From Candidatus Latescibacterota bacterium (GTDB taxonomy: Bacteria; Latescibacterota; UBA2968; SICM01), in assembly GCA_965217865.1 (NCBI GenBank), contig CBDCJO010000002.1:2656001-2720000 (forward strand): a DNA stretch of 64,000 bases, given 5' to 3'. The notes beneath the pieces are model-generated. The model made no database searches, had not been told where the DNA came from, and saw only the letters and a list, made by a program, of their open reading frames with translations. Made by a program: the position numbers and the translations under genes. Positions 1 to 9,708 of this stretch are shown here, one piece after another; within the stretch, counting starts at the first letter, position 1; every line of letters begins with the position of its first letter.

Positions 1-2586
1 GGCCTTCGTGAGTCTTCTTGGAAGCATCTTCTCGAAGGTCTCCTCGCTGAAAAACCGCTTGTCGCCGTAAGCACCCCCGTTCAACAACATCTGTCCAATC
101 GTGGCCATATCTCGGGCCGTGGAATGGGCGTCGTAGGATGAGTTGGTCACGTCCGTATCCTGACAGCCCAGCGGGTCCAGCAGATGTTTCTTGTAGAAGA
201 TCGGTAAGGCCTCACCGCTGAGCTGCTCGACGATCTTCGAACCAAGCGCCTGGCTCATCCCGTTGTAGCCACGGTTCTTCCCGATTTTCAGGTAGGGGTA
301 GCACTCAGCGACCTTGTGCTCGAAATCGTTCGTATGATCACCCCAGTGACCCCACATGCCTGCCGTGTGCGTGTAGAGGCGTTGAATCGTGGCCGGGGTT
401 TCCACCTCGATTCCCGACAGGGACGGAAGGAACTTGTCGACCGTGTCGTCCAGGTCCACCAATCCCTGATCCACGAGCATCATCATGATCGTCCCGGAAA
501 ACAGTTTCGTCAGGGAGGCCATGTAGCTCTTCGTGTGGGTTGTCATCGGTTCTCCGTCTCGCGTGCCGTAGGCCTTGTGCAGGACGATGACCCCGTGGCG
601 CGCAACACACACGTCAAAGGCCTCGTCCGTGTCCCCAGCCCACTCGGTCAAATGCGCATCGATTCGTTCGGCGGCCGACGCCTTCATACCGGCTTCATCG
701 AGCGTCCCTTCCCGCAGGACAGGGGCAGGAGGCCCCTCGATCGGACGCGGGCACACGAATGCGCCGTACCGGTTATCGTTCCCATTGAGCTTGCGCTTCA
801 AACCCAGCCACCACTGGCGGTCTCTGGCCGAAGGATCTTCGAACACGGACGCTTCACCCTGACCTGGGGCCATCTCATAAAGCCCGGCCAGAAGCTTTGC
901 CGGCCCGTCCGAACGCCGGGTCTGGTTTGAGAATGCCCTTTTCATCTGTTCAATCACGTGTTTGACTTGTTCGATCGCGACCTCGGGATCGATCCCCAAT
1001 TCTTCGGGGAGTTTGATTGATCCTTCCAGCTTGTGCCGCCACCATCTCAACCGCTCCGGTTTCCGGAAAAGTGTGCTGAACCGCGTGAACGTCCGCCCCG
1101 CTTCGGTCTTGATCCGGGCAACCGCCCCATACCGGCCTGGTTCGAGGGCCTCGGTCACGACATTGTAATCCTTGTCATAGTAGGTCACGTCGATCGTGTA
1201 GGGCCCGATCATCCGTTCGACATACAGAGGTCGCTCGAATTCACAGGATGGAAATTCGTTCCAGGCAAACACGTGGGGTCGGAATACCAGATTTCTCCCG
1301 GACGAAGCTTCGGGCGCGGGTAAAGGACAGGTCCGGAAGCGTGATTTTGACCTCGTACTTGTCGTCAACGACAACTGCCGTCTCCCCTAATGGCTCACCC
1401 GGCAACGGAAGGGGTGGGCGTAGGGTGAGTGATGCGCGCCCGTTCTCCATCGAGAGGTCTCCGCGGGCAAGGATCGTCCCGCTGTCGTTCCGGAGGAGGA
1501 CGGATTTGCCCGTCAGAGTGGGAACAGCCCGCACATCGACCCGCACCCTTGCAAGGTGTTCATACGCTCCCTTTGCCGCTACGGCGTCGATATCCTTGAG
1601 GAGGGGAACCAGAGTCGCCTGCACGCCGTCGATCAGCACCACAAGGTTTCGATAGGAATCCCCCGGCTGCGGCAGCGACCCCGTGAGCGAAGCGACCACC
1701 CGACCCTCCTGTCGGTCCAGCAGTCCCCGGGCGATCGTCGTCTTGCCCTGGTTAACCGTTACTTCCTTCCCCACCATTCCCCCGATCGCCGTCACTTCTA
1801 TTTTTACCTCCGGCGGTGAATCGTCGAACAGATCCCAATCCCCGACAGTCGCGATTGTGGTCACAAAAGGACCCGGCTCAGCTGCAAGCCGGAGCCGATG
1901 CATCCGGGTCCGATTCCGGATCCTGCCTTTTGCCGGGTACCAGACACTGTGGCTGACCTCACCCATATCATCCAAGTCGGCAACGTGAAGCTGAAAACCG
2001 ATGTCGTGTCCGATCTTCGGCTCAACGCCCACATTCGACCACGGGACCATCGCTTCGACCACGTAGCCCTCCGGATTGGACTCGAGGACAGCCGTCAATT
2101 GATCATATTTTTTCCTGAGCTCCCCTTCGGCGCGGCCGTCGTTGAACCCTGTGCGCAGGCCGCCTCATCACCGTTGCGGGGTCTCCCAACGGACCAGTGC
2201 ACAATTTGTCGCCCACTGGGCTCATCCGCGACCGAGAACTCAACGCCGTCGCCCTCCAGCAGCAAATGATCGTATAATGAACCGATTCCCACGTCGTCGT
2301 GGACGAAAATCAGCAAATGCAGCCCGCGTTCGTCCCAGCCTAACCGAAAGCGAACATCCAGATCTTCCTCTTCCTCATCCCCGGCTTTATCACTTGAGAC
2401 CGGAATCACCAGCTCCACGTGCAGACCCTGATCCTGCCAATCGTCGTGTTTGCCATCCACGACAATGTCGTCCAGCATAGGGATGTCGAACGCCGGTGGC
2501 ACGCCGACGATCGCAGCCGCACACACCGAAGCCCTCGCAATTCGGAGAAGCTTCTGAAACCAGTTGTAGAGATGAGTCAACCTCAT
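1..2586 (-). pseudogene. Secreted multidomain serine hydrolase: CBM9-like sugar-binding domain, beta-rich linker and beta-lactamase/AmpC-family domain. Two frameshifts; runs off the window edge
   Basis: ORF 2095-2586 (signal peptide, IVVDGKHDDW, LGWDERGLHL) joins ORF 1241-2098 (GYVVEAMVPW, IGFQLHVAD) by a frame change near 2160. A second change near 1290 leads into an open minus frame I translated by hand down to base 1, with SxxK (MASLTK), LYTHTAG, YNG and LLDPLG motifs. Confidence 0.75.
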
Positions 2587-2864
2587 CGTGTTTACCTCCT
2601 TCGCACGCGTTATCGCTCCCTTGTATTTTTCCCTTCATACAAAAACCAACAAGGCCCTTAACTTTCAGGGTTTGTAGAAAGTGGCCATGGCAGCCCAAAA
2701 GATAAAGGTTTGAAGGAAATGGGAAAAGAAAAACCCGCCGCCATTTTCGGGAGGGCTGTGGTGGGATTCTCCAACGTGGTGATAAGAATATAAAAGCACC
2801 TGCTGCTGGTGCTGGTCAACCTCCACTCGTCCTCGCTCCAGGCGGTGCAGGTGTGCGCGCATTA

Positions 2865-3176
2865 TCAGGTGATTGTCGTATGAGGATTCATATAACTTCT
2901 TATTGTCGATGTAATAGACAGAATCAAAAAGATAACACTGAATAGACTTGAAACTAAAAAAGTATACCTATCCCAATCGATAGGTTTTTTCCTATTATGA
3001 TATTCTTCCGCGGCAGAGAATAAAGGATGCTCAGGATTTTCAATTGCAAACTCCTCGGTCATTTGATCTATTGCTGGAAATCGATTTACCATATAGGATT
3101 TATTTCCATGTAAGGCCGCTACGATCTTATAGAGTTTATCATGTCCTATCTTTTTTACCAGATCTGTGCGCCCCAC
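2865..3176 (-). CDS. AT-rich hypothetical protein with a C-terminal TM helix; possibly a gene-cassette remnant
   Basis: 103-aa ORF, visibly AT-richer than its flanks, hydrophobic C-terminus (FLVSSLFSVIFLILSI). The frame is open upstream to the 3241 junction. Confidence 0.45.
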   Translation of the reverse strand: MGRTDLVKKIGHDKLYKIVAALHGNKSYMVNRFPAIDQMTEEFAIENPEHPLFSAAEEYHNRKKPIDWDRYTFLVSSLFSVIFLILSITSTIRSYMNPHTTIT

Positions 3177-3240
3177 CAGGGAGGTGGTAGTTGCGATTGT
3201 CTTAATATCCGTTTGAGGAAACGGTGGATTTGCCTGATAA

Positions 3241-3579
3241 CTACCTGGACAGCCGCCGCAATATCTCAGGGTCCCGACCCAGATACATCGGCGTACACTC
3301 CACGAGCGTTCGGCATCCCAGGGCCCGGACCTGTTTCAGGAAGGGCAGCGCCTTAGCGAATACCTCCTCCGGGTCATACCGATCCGCGCTTACCTGGTCC
3401 GCCCCGATAAAATCGACCATCACGTGCTCGTGGGTCAGGACGATGCCCAGATCCTTCGGCGACACGGGTCCGGTTACAGTCTGCACACTTCGGTCCAGGG
3501 ACATATTCTGTAACCGCCTTTCAATCCCACATCCAAAAGCGGTAAGCCCAATCGCCTTAAGGGCAACGCGACGAATCAT
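3241..3579 (-). pseudogene. Truncated phosphotriesterase-family (amidohydrolase) protein, N-terminal third only
   Basis: Strong RBS GGAGGAG, RR-containing leader, VQTVTGP, LTHEH metal-binding motif and ECTPMYLGRD. Stops at 112 aa, whereas family members are about 300+ aa. Confidence 0.8.
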
Positions 3580-3629
3580 CTCTCCTCCATCAAGCCCGGT
3601 TTCCAGGGGGTCAATCTATTCTTTCCTCA

Positions 3630-3810
3630 AACACCCCTCCGGCCCCCTCCCCGAAACGGGGAGGGGAGGTCATGTGGCTAACTTGTCTAAATTAAAGACA
3701 TTAGCCCCCTTCCCGTCTCGGGAAGGGGGTTTGGGGGTTTGACCCTAAACCGAACTCAATTATCCGTCACGAACATTCTGTAGGGGCACGATGCATCGTT
3801 CCCCTACACC
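3630..3810. repeat. REP-like palindrome cluster (CCCCTCCCC..GGGGAGGGG, CCCCCTTCCC..GGGAAGGGGG, GTAGGGGCACG..CCCCTAC)
   Basis: Inverted repeats read directly; a related element lies at 9466-9585. Confidence 0.7.
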
Positions 3811-3985
3811 AATTTTCTAGGGCCACCCCGATTTCCGAGGAACGAGGTCGTGCCTTGCACGGTGATTCCCCCGATCCCGGACCTAACCGACATCCGACCC
3901 CTGACCCCCGATTCCCGTCGGGTTTCCAATCTTCAATCGTCGATCTTCAATCTCCCCTGACCTCCGACCTCTGGCCCCTGATCCA

Positions 3986-4480
3986 CTAATCCTTCTTCTC
4001 CCCAGAAATAACAATATCCCCCTTTGTGCTCTCCACGATGGCGATGAGCTCATTTTGCTCCTTTTCAGGAACCTTGAACTTATCCAGGGTTATCTTAAAG
4101 TCAGCCGACATCGCCTGCCACTCCCCCTCTGTGATGTTCATATTTGCGTGGGTTTCCTTCATCGTGCGCCCCGTGTATTTCTGAGGCCCTCCTGTTACCT
4201 GGCAAACCAGGGCAGTAACGCGGTACTTGAGCCCTGCCTTGGGAACCCGTTTCCTGGCTTCGTCAATCACTGGATTGGCGTTCAGCACGTCGTTAACCAG
4301 GAGTCGCTCGATGAAGTCATCCACAACAGTCGCAATGGCGTATACACCTCCAAGACGTTCATAGAGCGCCTTTTCTGGTTTCTCCTCCTGGCCGATAGCT
4401 GTTGTTCCATTCCCCAGCGTTACCAGGACAAGAACAAAAAGAGAAACGAAACTCCTCAGGAACAATCGTTGTGCTTGCAT
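3986..4480 (-). CDS. Group I truncated (2/2) hemoglobin with an N-terminal signal peptide
   Basis: LYERLGG, VVDDF, GGPQKYTGR and proximal His (ETH). AAGGAG RBS before ATG 4480; hydrophobic leader precedes the globin domain. Confidence 0.9.
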   Translation of the reverse strand: MQAQRLFLRSFVSLFVLVLVTLGNGTTAIGQEEKPEKALYERLGGVYAIATVVDDFIERLLVNDVLNANPVIDEARKRVPKAGLKYRVTALVCQVTGGPQKYTGRTMKETHANMNITEGEWQAMSADFKITLDKFKVPEKEQNELIAIVESTKGDIVISGEKKD

Positions 4481-4545
4481 TTTTTCGCTCCTTTTCACAC
4501 GGTGAGCTACAACCCTTCTGCTTTTCGTAGTCCGGTGGATTCGTA

Positions 4546-4809
4546 TTATTTTTTGTTTTCTCCAACAAATACTTCTGGAGGACCGGCGACTCCAGCGGCT
4601 TCCATCGCACTTTTCAATTCTTCAGAATTCAAAAATTCTTGAACTCTCTCGCCTTCGCCAACTACCGTGACATGATTAGCGTCCTCCACTGATTGGAGAA
4701 CATAGTGGTCCTTGATTCCAAATTTCTCGCGAGTTGATTCGTGTGCATCGTAGGTTTCTTTCCAAGCCCCAAAATCGTTGACTTTGTGACTAATAACAAA
4801 GACAGCCAT
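4546..4809 (-). CDS. Small dimeric alpha/beta-barrel protein (DUF3764/cyclase-like)
   Basis: HKVNDFGAWKETYD...ELKSAMEAAGV pattern; AAGGAG RBS before ATG 4809. Confidence 0.7.
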   Translation of the reverse strand: MAVFVISHKVNDFGAWKETYDAHESTREKFGIKDHYVLQSVEDANHVTVVGEGERVQEFLNSEELKSAMEAAGVAGPPEVFVGENKK

Positions 4810-5241
4810 TTTATTTCTCCTTAAGGTTTTCATGTGTAGCCTGGGTCAAATTCGCAGGAGCGGCAACTTGACCGAAGGCAAAGGGAATACTCCGCGCCTT
4901 GTCGCGGGGAAATTTAGTATTTTAGACTTCCAATCAGTTTGATTCCAATTTTTTCAATCACCATCCTCTCGGAGTTTTAGAGGGCGCTCCCGGTGGGTCT
5001 ATGCTTCCGGGAGAATCCCACCGCCAAGCGTAGGAGCGCCCTACCATTGCCGCAATGTACTGCTAAAATTCCTCATAACAAACCGGATAGTCATTGACAA
5101 CGTTGAAACCCTTTCCAACCACCCCTCCCCCGGCCCCTCCTATTCCCCCGATCCCTGACCCCTGACTACCGGTTTTGACTTCCCTGACCCCTGACCTCCG
5201 ACCCCAGCCTTTTCCATTTCCTCTTACACGTCACAACTGAA

Positions 5242-5338
5242 GTTACTAAAGTCGAACTGTACTATCAGTATATAAATCATATTATCGGTTTTGGGCGCGA
5301 CGCTGTCCCTCCTTATTAACCTTCCACCCAAGCACGGT
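5242..5338. repeat. About 95-bp dispersed repeat, copy 1
   Basis: Aligns by eye with 17305-17400 (GTTA.TAAAGTC.AACTGTACT.TCAGTA.AT.AATCATATTAT.GGTTTTG.GCGCGAC.CTGTCCCTCCTT). Confidence 0.85.
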
Positions 5339-5533
5339 TTTCCCACGTTTCACGTTTGACGTTTCACGGCCTATCCTTTTGTTGTTGCAAACATGATACG
5401 CTTGTGTTATCATTTCACATGACGAGGTCCGAATCGACTTCAAAAGGGCTTTAACCGGGCCGTATTGACCGCAAACGCCCCTTTTATTCGACAGACCGGT
5501 TTTTAGGGCCCTTTATCGAAGTCCTTTCCTGTA

Positions 5534-5549
5534 CGGCACGGGACTTGCA
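5534..5549 (+). promoter_or_regulatory. Putative sigma54 -24/-12 promoter
   Basis: CGGCACGGGACTTGCA has GG-N10-GC spacing and matches the consensus TGGCACRNNNTTGCW. An ATGATA..TATCAT dyad at 5383-5419 could be the activator site. Confidence 0.6.
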
Positions 5550-5685
5550 GGTACCAACTTCTGAATTGAATCGATTGTTACAAAGGTCTGACTGTATTAT
5601 CGGTACCTGACCCATTGCTTTTAGGGGGAGTTTTGCAATTTCCATTTTGCATTTTCCATTTCCCCCAGCCTCGGAGCCCTCCGCC

Positions 5686-7029
5686 ATGAAACGATTTGCG
5701 AAACAACTCCTGATTTGTCTGACCGCCCTCCTCTTCTGCCCCGGCTGGGTGGCAGCCCGGGAACGATCCCCCTTCGTGGTTGAAGGCATAGAGATCCTGG
5801 GCAACGCCAGAACCAAGGACAACGTGATCATCCGCTCGATGGTCCTCAAGCAGGGTGATCTGCTGACCTCGAAACGCATTATCGCCACCCAGCGAGATCT
5901 CTACCGTACCCGCCTTTTTCGAACGGTCCACGTCTCCTCGAAGCCCGGAACCTCCGACGGGAAGGCCATCGTGGTCGTCTATGTTGAGGAGAAAAGGTTC
6001 GGAGACGTCAACCTCGGGGGTGAATACAGCGAACTCGACGGATTCACTTTTGTGTCGGAGGTTCGATATGTCAACCTTCAGGGAGATGGGAAAAGCATTG
6101 GGGTCTCATACGACCTCGGAGAGCGGCGAAAAGGTTGGAAGGGCGCCTATTCCGACCCCTACCTGTTCAACTCCCGATATTCCTTCCTGTTAGGCCTTCA
6201 CGGTTCGACTTTCGAGCGGGATCTCTATCCCGATACAGAGGTGGCGTTTCGGAAGGCGCAGCGCCTCGGAACCTCCATCGATCCTTCACTGGGCAATCCG
6301 GACCGCAATGGAATCTACAAACTGGATCGCCTGGGTGCCACACTCGGTTTTAGCAGGGATTTTGGAAAGGGATATCGCACGATCTTCAAATATGGAGCCG
6401 AAGAGGTGGACGTGGGTTGGTTCCGCACCCCGAAGGCAACTGGTCCGTTCGCGAAGGAGATCGGGAACAACCTGGGTCGGGATGCCCTGGTGACCCTGGG
6501 TCTGGAATTCCGGAAAGGCCTTGTGGGTCCTGTGCGAAGGCTTCCTCAAACCGAATTTACCCTCTCCGCCGAATACTCCCCCGTCCTGCTGGGTTCGGCC
6601 GCCCGCTTCGCCCGGCTCAGAGCGGACGCCGCTGCTCACATTCCCCTCGTCCCGGGGCATATCCTGTCTTTCGAGTTTAAGTCGGGCGCTGTCCTTTGGG
6701 ACCCCCCCTTCTATGAACGCCTTTTCTTGGATGGGAACTACCAGCTTAAAGGGTTTGAGCGTAGAGCGATCGGTCCCGAGGGAGGGACCAAAATGCTGTT
6801 TGTGGAAGCTGTCTATTCCCTTCCCGTCGGGCGCTTGGGCCGATTCTATCTTTTCGGCGAGGCCGCGAATGTCTGGGTGAAAGGGCAGGAAATAAAGTTG
6901 CGCGAACTCGATGGCACCTTCGGGGTCGGTTTATCTCTCCTGAATCGGATCGAATTCAGTTTTGGTTTTGGCCCCCGCACCTTTATCCTCCGGACCCACC
7001 GGATCGGAGGTATCCGCGCCGGCCTTTAG
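5686..7029 (+). CDS. Omp85 (BamA/TamA-family) outer membrane protein with one POTRA domain
   Basis: Signal peptide, IEILGNARTKDNVIIR POTRA signature, PPFYERLFLDGNYQLKGF loop-6 motif and amphipathic beta strands. Confidence 0.85.
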   Translation: MKRFAKQLLICLTALLFCPGWVAARERSPFVVEGIEILGNARTKDNVIIRSMVLKQGDLLTSKRIIATQRDLYRTRLFRTVHVSSKPGTSDGKAIVVVYVEEKRFGDVNLGGEYSELDGFTFVSEVRYVNLQGDGKSIGVSYDLGERRKGWKGAYSDPYLFNSRYSFLLGLHGSTFERDLYPDTEVAFRKAQRLGTSIDPSLGNPDRNGIYKLDRLGATLGFSRDFGKGYRTIFKYGAEEVDVGWFRTPKATGPFAKEIGNNLGRDALVTLGLEFRKGLVGPVRRLPQTEFTLSAEYSPVLLGSAARFARLRADAAAHIPLVPGHILSFEFKSGAVLWDPPFYERLFLDGNYQLKGFERRAIGPEGGTKMLFVEAVYSLPVGRLGRFYLFGEAANVWVKGQEIKLRELDGTFGVGLSLLNRIEFSFGFGPRTFILRTHRIGGIRAGL

Positions 7030-7086
7030 ACCCCCACCCAGAGGTCCATTAACCGCGCCATCCTCCTCAGGGGGTATAAAAATTCG

Positions 7087-7779
7087 ATGCCGAAAGCAAC
7101 CCGATGGCACAAACTCCCGGTAATGTCGATCCTTCTTCCCCTGGTCATCTACGGGGTAATGGGGGAAGCTGTGTTCGCGGGTGAGATTTCGGTCACAGAT
7201 CGTCGGATCGATGTCAATGAGGAAGTCCTCCTTCTCGATCTTCGACTGAAGGGCCTCTTCTCTGAACGCACCCTCAACGCGATTCAGGCCGGCATGACAA
7301 CCAGGCTTGCCATCAAGATCCGCCTCAGTCCTCGCGGGCGTCCGGCCTTCGAGAAGGACCTCGTCTTTCAAATCCATCACGACATTTGGGAAGGGCAGTT
7401 CCTCGTCCTCAAACGAGCGTCTCCACCGGACACCCTTCGAACCACCGCGCTGGACACCGTTCAACAATTCTGCACCGAAATCGACAGGGTGGAGCTTATT
7501 CCCATTGAGCACATCCTTCCAGACGAGCCATTCGGCCTGAAGCTCCGAATCGGGATCGATACGTCCACCCCTGAACAGGCCAGACGAACCCGGAAATGGC
7601 TCGCGCCCCCTCAAGAGGATGACGAGGTCGATTCTCCCGGGGGGGTCCGGATCGATCTGGGCAATGTGATCGATTTCTTCTTCAACATCTACAAACCGCA
7701 GGAGCAGTCTCCCTGGATTGACCTGGGAACCTACGTCGGAAGGGTAACGGACCGGATGACGCTGGAGGAGCTTCCGTGA
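7087..7779 (+). CDS. DUF4390-like exported protein
   Basis: Hydrophobic leader, AIQAGM and IHHDIWEGQF motifs; conserved position upstream of ntrY-like kinases. Confidence 0.7.
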   Translation: MPKATRWHKLPVMSILLPLVIYGVMGEAVFAGEISVTDRRIDVNEEVLLLDLRLKGLFSERTLNAIQAGMTTRLAIKIRLSPRGRPAFEKDLVFQIHHDIWEGQFLVLKRASPPDTLRTTALDTVQQFCTEIDRVELIPIEHILPDEPFGLKLRIGIDTSTPEQARRTRKWLAPPQEDDEVDSPGGVRIDLGNVIDFFFNIYKPQEQSPWIDLGTYVGRVTDRMTLEELP

Positions 7780-9416
7780 TCCTTCGTACGCTTTCTCTCC
7801 GAACCCGAATCGTGATCGCCATGATTCTCCTGGCCCTCGCGACCGCCCTCGCACTCTCCTACCTGACCGAAAGCCTCCTGGACAGAAGTTTGAGGCTGAG
7901 CATCCACCCCAACGTCCGGTCTGTCCTCTCCGAGGCCCTCTCCGTGGCCAAAACCAGCTATAGCGACCGACGCGTATCCCTCGGACGCCTGGGGGAGCGC
8001 CTCGCCCGGTCCGAATCAGCGGCCGAGGCATTCCGGTCGGGAAACGTGTCTCAACTTCAAAACCTTGTCGGATCTAACGAAGGTGGGGATCGAATCTCTG
8101 AAGTGAAGGTGATTCGTTTCTCCCAAGAGGACCCCTCCCCTGAATCGGGCCTCGAGGGAATCCCTTTGGCACATAGCGATCTCCTCGAAGCCTTGAAGAG
8201 CGGGCCCTACCTGTTTCGTGACAGGGACCAGGGAAATCTTCTCAAGATGCTCGTCCCTTTCTTCGACAATGAAACGATAGCCGGCGTACTCATCCTGGTG
8301 GAACAGATCGATCCGACTTTCTTCAGGATCGAGGGGGCCGCTCAGACCTATGAGGATATCGATACGAGCGAAAGAGCCATCCGGCGGGCCCATCTTCTCA
8401 CCGTCCTGGCCGTAGCCTTCGCCGTGCTTCTCCTTGCAACCCTGGTCGGGGTCTGGATCGCCTTCGGAATCACGCATCCCTTGCGGGATCTCATCAAGGG
8501 CACCCGGGAACTCGCGCGAGATAATTTGAGCCACCGCATTCCGCAGCACCGAAAGGACGAAATCGGTCTCCTGATCGACTCCTTTAACCGGATGGCTTCC
8601 GATCTTCAGGAAAACCGCCGTCAGCGGGTCGAGGCCGAGAAAGTGGCCGCATGGCGTGAAATCGCCAGAAGGCTTGCGCACGAGATCAAGAACCCCCTGA
8701 CGCCCATACAGCTAACGGTCCAGGAGATGCGGGACAAGTACGGCGGAGCCGATCCGATTTACAAAAAATTGCTAGACGATTGCGCTGAAATCATCACGGA
8801 AGAGGTGGAGAGTCTCAAGAACCTGGTTAAAGTCTTCGCGGATTTCGCACGCCTTCCGGACCTGAAAGTGACCCCCACCGGCCTGAACAACCTGATCGAG
8901 GATGTGGCAAGACTCTATCCCGATGCCCCGATCACCCTCGATCTGAGGGACGGCATCCCTCAGATTCCTGTCGACCGGGGACAAATCCGGCGCGTCCTCA
9001 TCAACCTGATTGAGAACGCGGCCGTGGGACTCGATGGGAACGGAAAAATTCTCATCAAAGCGGAAACGGGAGAACCCCTTGAAGGAAGATACAGCGGACA
9101 GGCACCACCCGGGGTTTTACAAGACCCCCACGCACAGGGCTGGATAGACGTGGTCGTGAGCGACACGGGTCCCGGCATCCCCCCCGAAAATCTGGAGCAT
9201 ATCTTCGAACCCTACTTCTCCACGAAACGGACCGGCATGGGCCTCGGCCTGGCCATCGTCAAAAACATCGTCGAACAGCACCACGGACAAATCAACGTCG
9301 AAAGCCACCTCGGAACCGGAACCTCGTTTACGATTCGGCTCCCTGTTGACGGACAACCCTCGGGCGAAAACGTTGCTGGATTGTTGCAAAAGTCAAACGG
9401 TATTCTAAGTACTTGA
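7776..9416 (+). CDS. NtrY-like sensor histidine kinase (2 TM, HAMP, HisKA, HATPase)
   Basis: AAWREIARRLAHEIKNPLTPIQL H-box, NLIENA, DTGPGI, FEPYFSTK and GLGLAI. Confidence 0.93.
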   Translation: MILRTLSLRTRIVIAMILLALATALALSYLTESLLDRSLRLSIHPNVRSVLSEALSVAKTSYSDRRVSLGRLGERLARSESAAEAFRSGNVSQLQNLVGSNEGGDRISEVKVIRFSQEDPSPESGLEGIPLAHSDLLEALKSGPYLFRDRDQGNLLKMLVPFFDNETIAGVLILVEQIDPTFFRIEGAAQTYEDIDTSERAIRRAHLLTVLAVAFAVLLLATLVGVWIAFGITHPLRDLIKGTRELARDNLSHRIPQHRKDEIGLLIDSFNRMASDLQENRRQRVEAEKVAAWREIARRLAHEIKNPLTPIQLTVQEMRDKYGGADPIYKKLLDDCAEIITEEVESLKNLVKVFADFARLPDLKVTPTGLNNLIEDVARLYPDAPITLDLRDGIPQIPVDRGQIRRVLINLIENAAVGLDGNGKILIKAETGEPLEGRYSGQAPPGVLQDPHAQGWIDVVVSDTGPGIPPENLEHIFEPYFSTKRTGMGLGLAIVKNIVEQHHGQINVESHLGTGTSFTIRLPVDGQPSGENVAGLLQKSNGILST

Positions 9417-9465
9417 ATCATTCCTTTTTGAAAGCGAGACGGTTTCATTTTGCAAATCCTTTTTG

Positions 9466-9630
9466 ACACCCCTCCCCCCCCCTCCCCTTGTAAAGGAGAG
9501 AAGAGATCATGTGTTTTAAATTTCGCTAAAATAAAGGCGATATCCCCCTTCCCTTTAGGGAAGGGGCGCAGGGGGTAAGGTCTGACACCCGATCGATTTT
9601 GTTGTTCGTCAAAACTACCCTGAATTGAAC
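9466..9630. repeat. REP-like palindromes plus a 40-bp module shared with 14371-14410
   Basis: CCCCTTCCCTTTAGGGAAGGGG hairpin. GATCGATTTTGTTGTTCGTCAAAACTACCCTGAATTGAA resembles GATCGTTTTTTATGTTCGTCAAGACTAACCCTGATTTGAA. Confidence 0.65.
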
Positions 9631-9708
9631 CAAAAATAGATGCACGCATCCCGGTCCATCGTCTCCTGTCTGCCGAAAAATTCCATTTTCCATTTTTCAT
9701 TTTGAATT

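Noticed and set aside
316-1988. Plus-strand ORFs at the window start
   Set aside because: They are shadows of the minus-strand hydrolase and carry no motifs.
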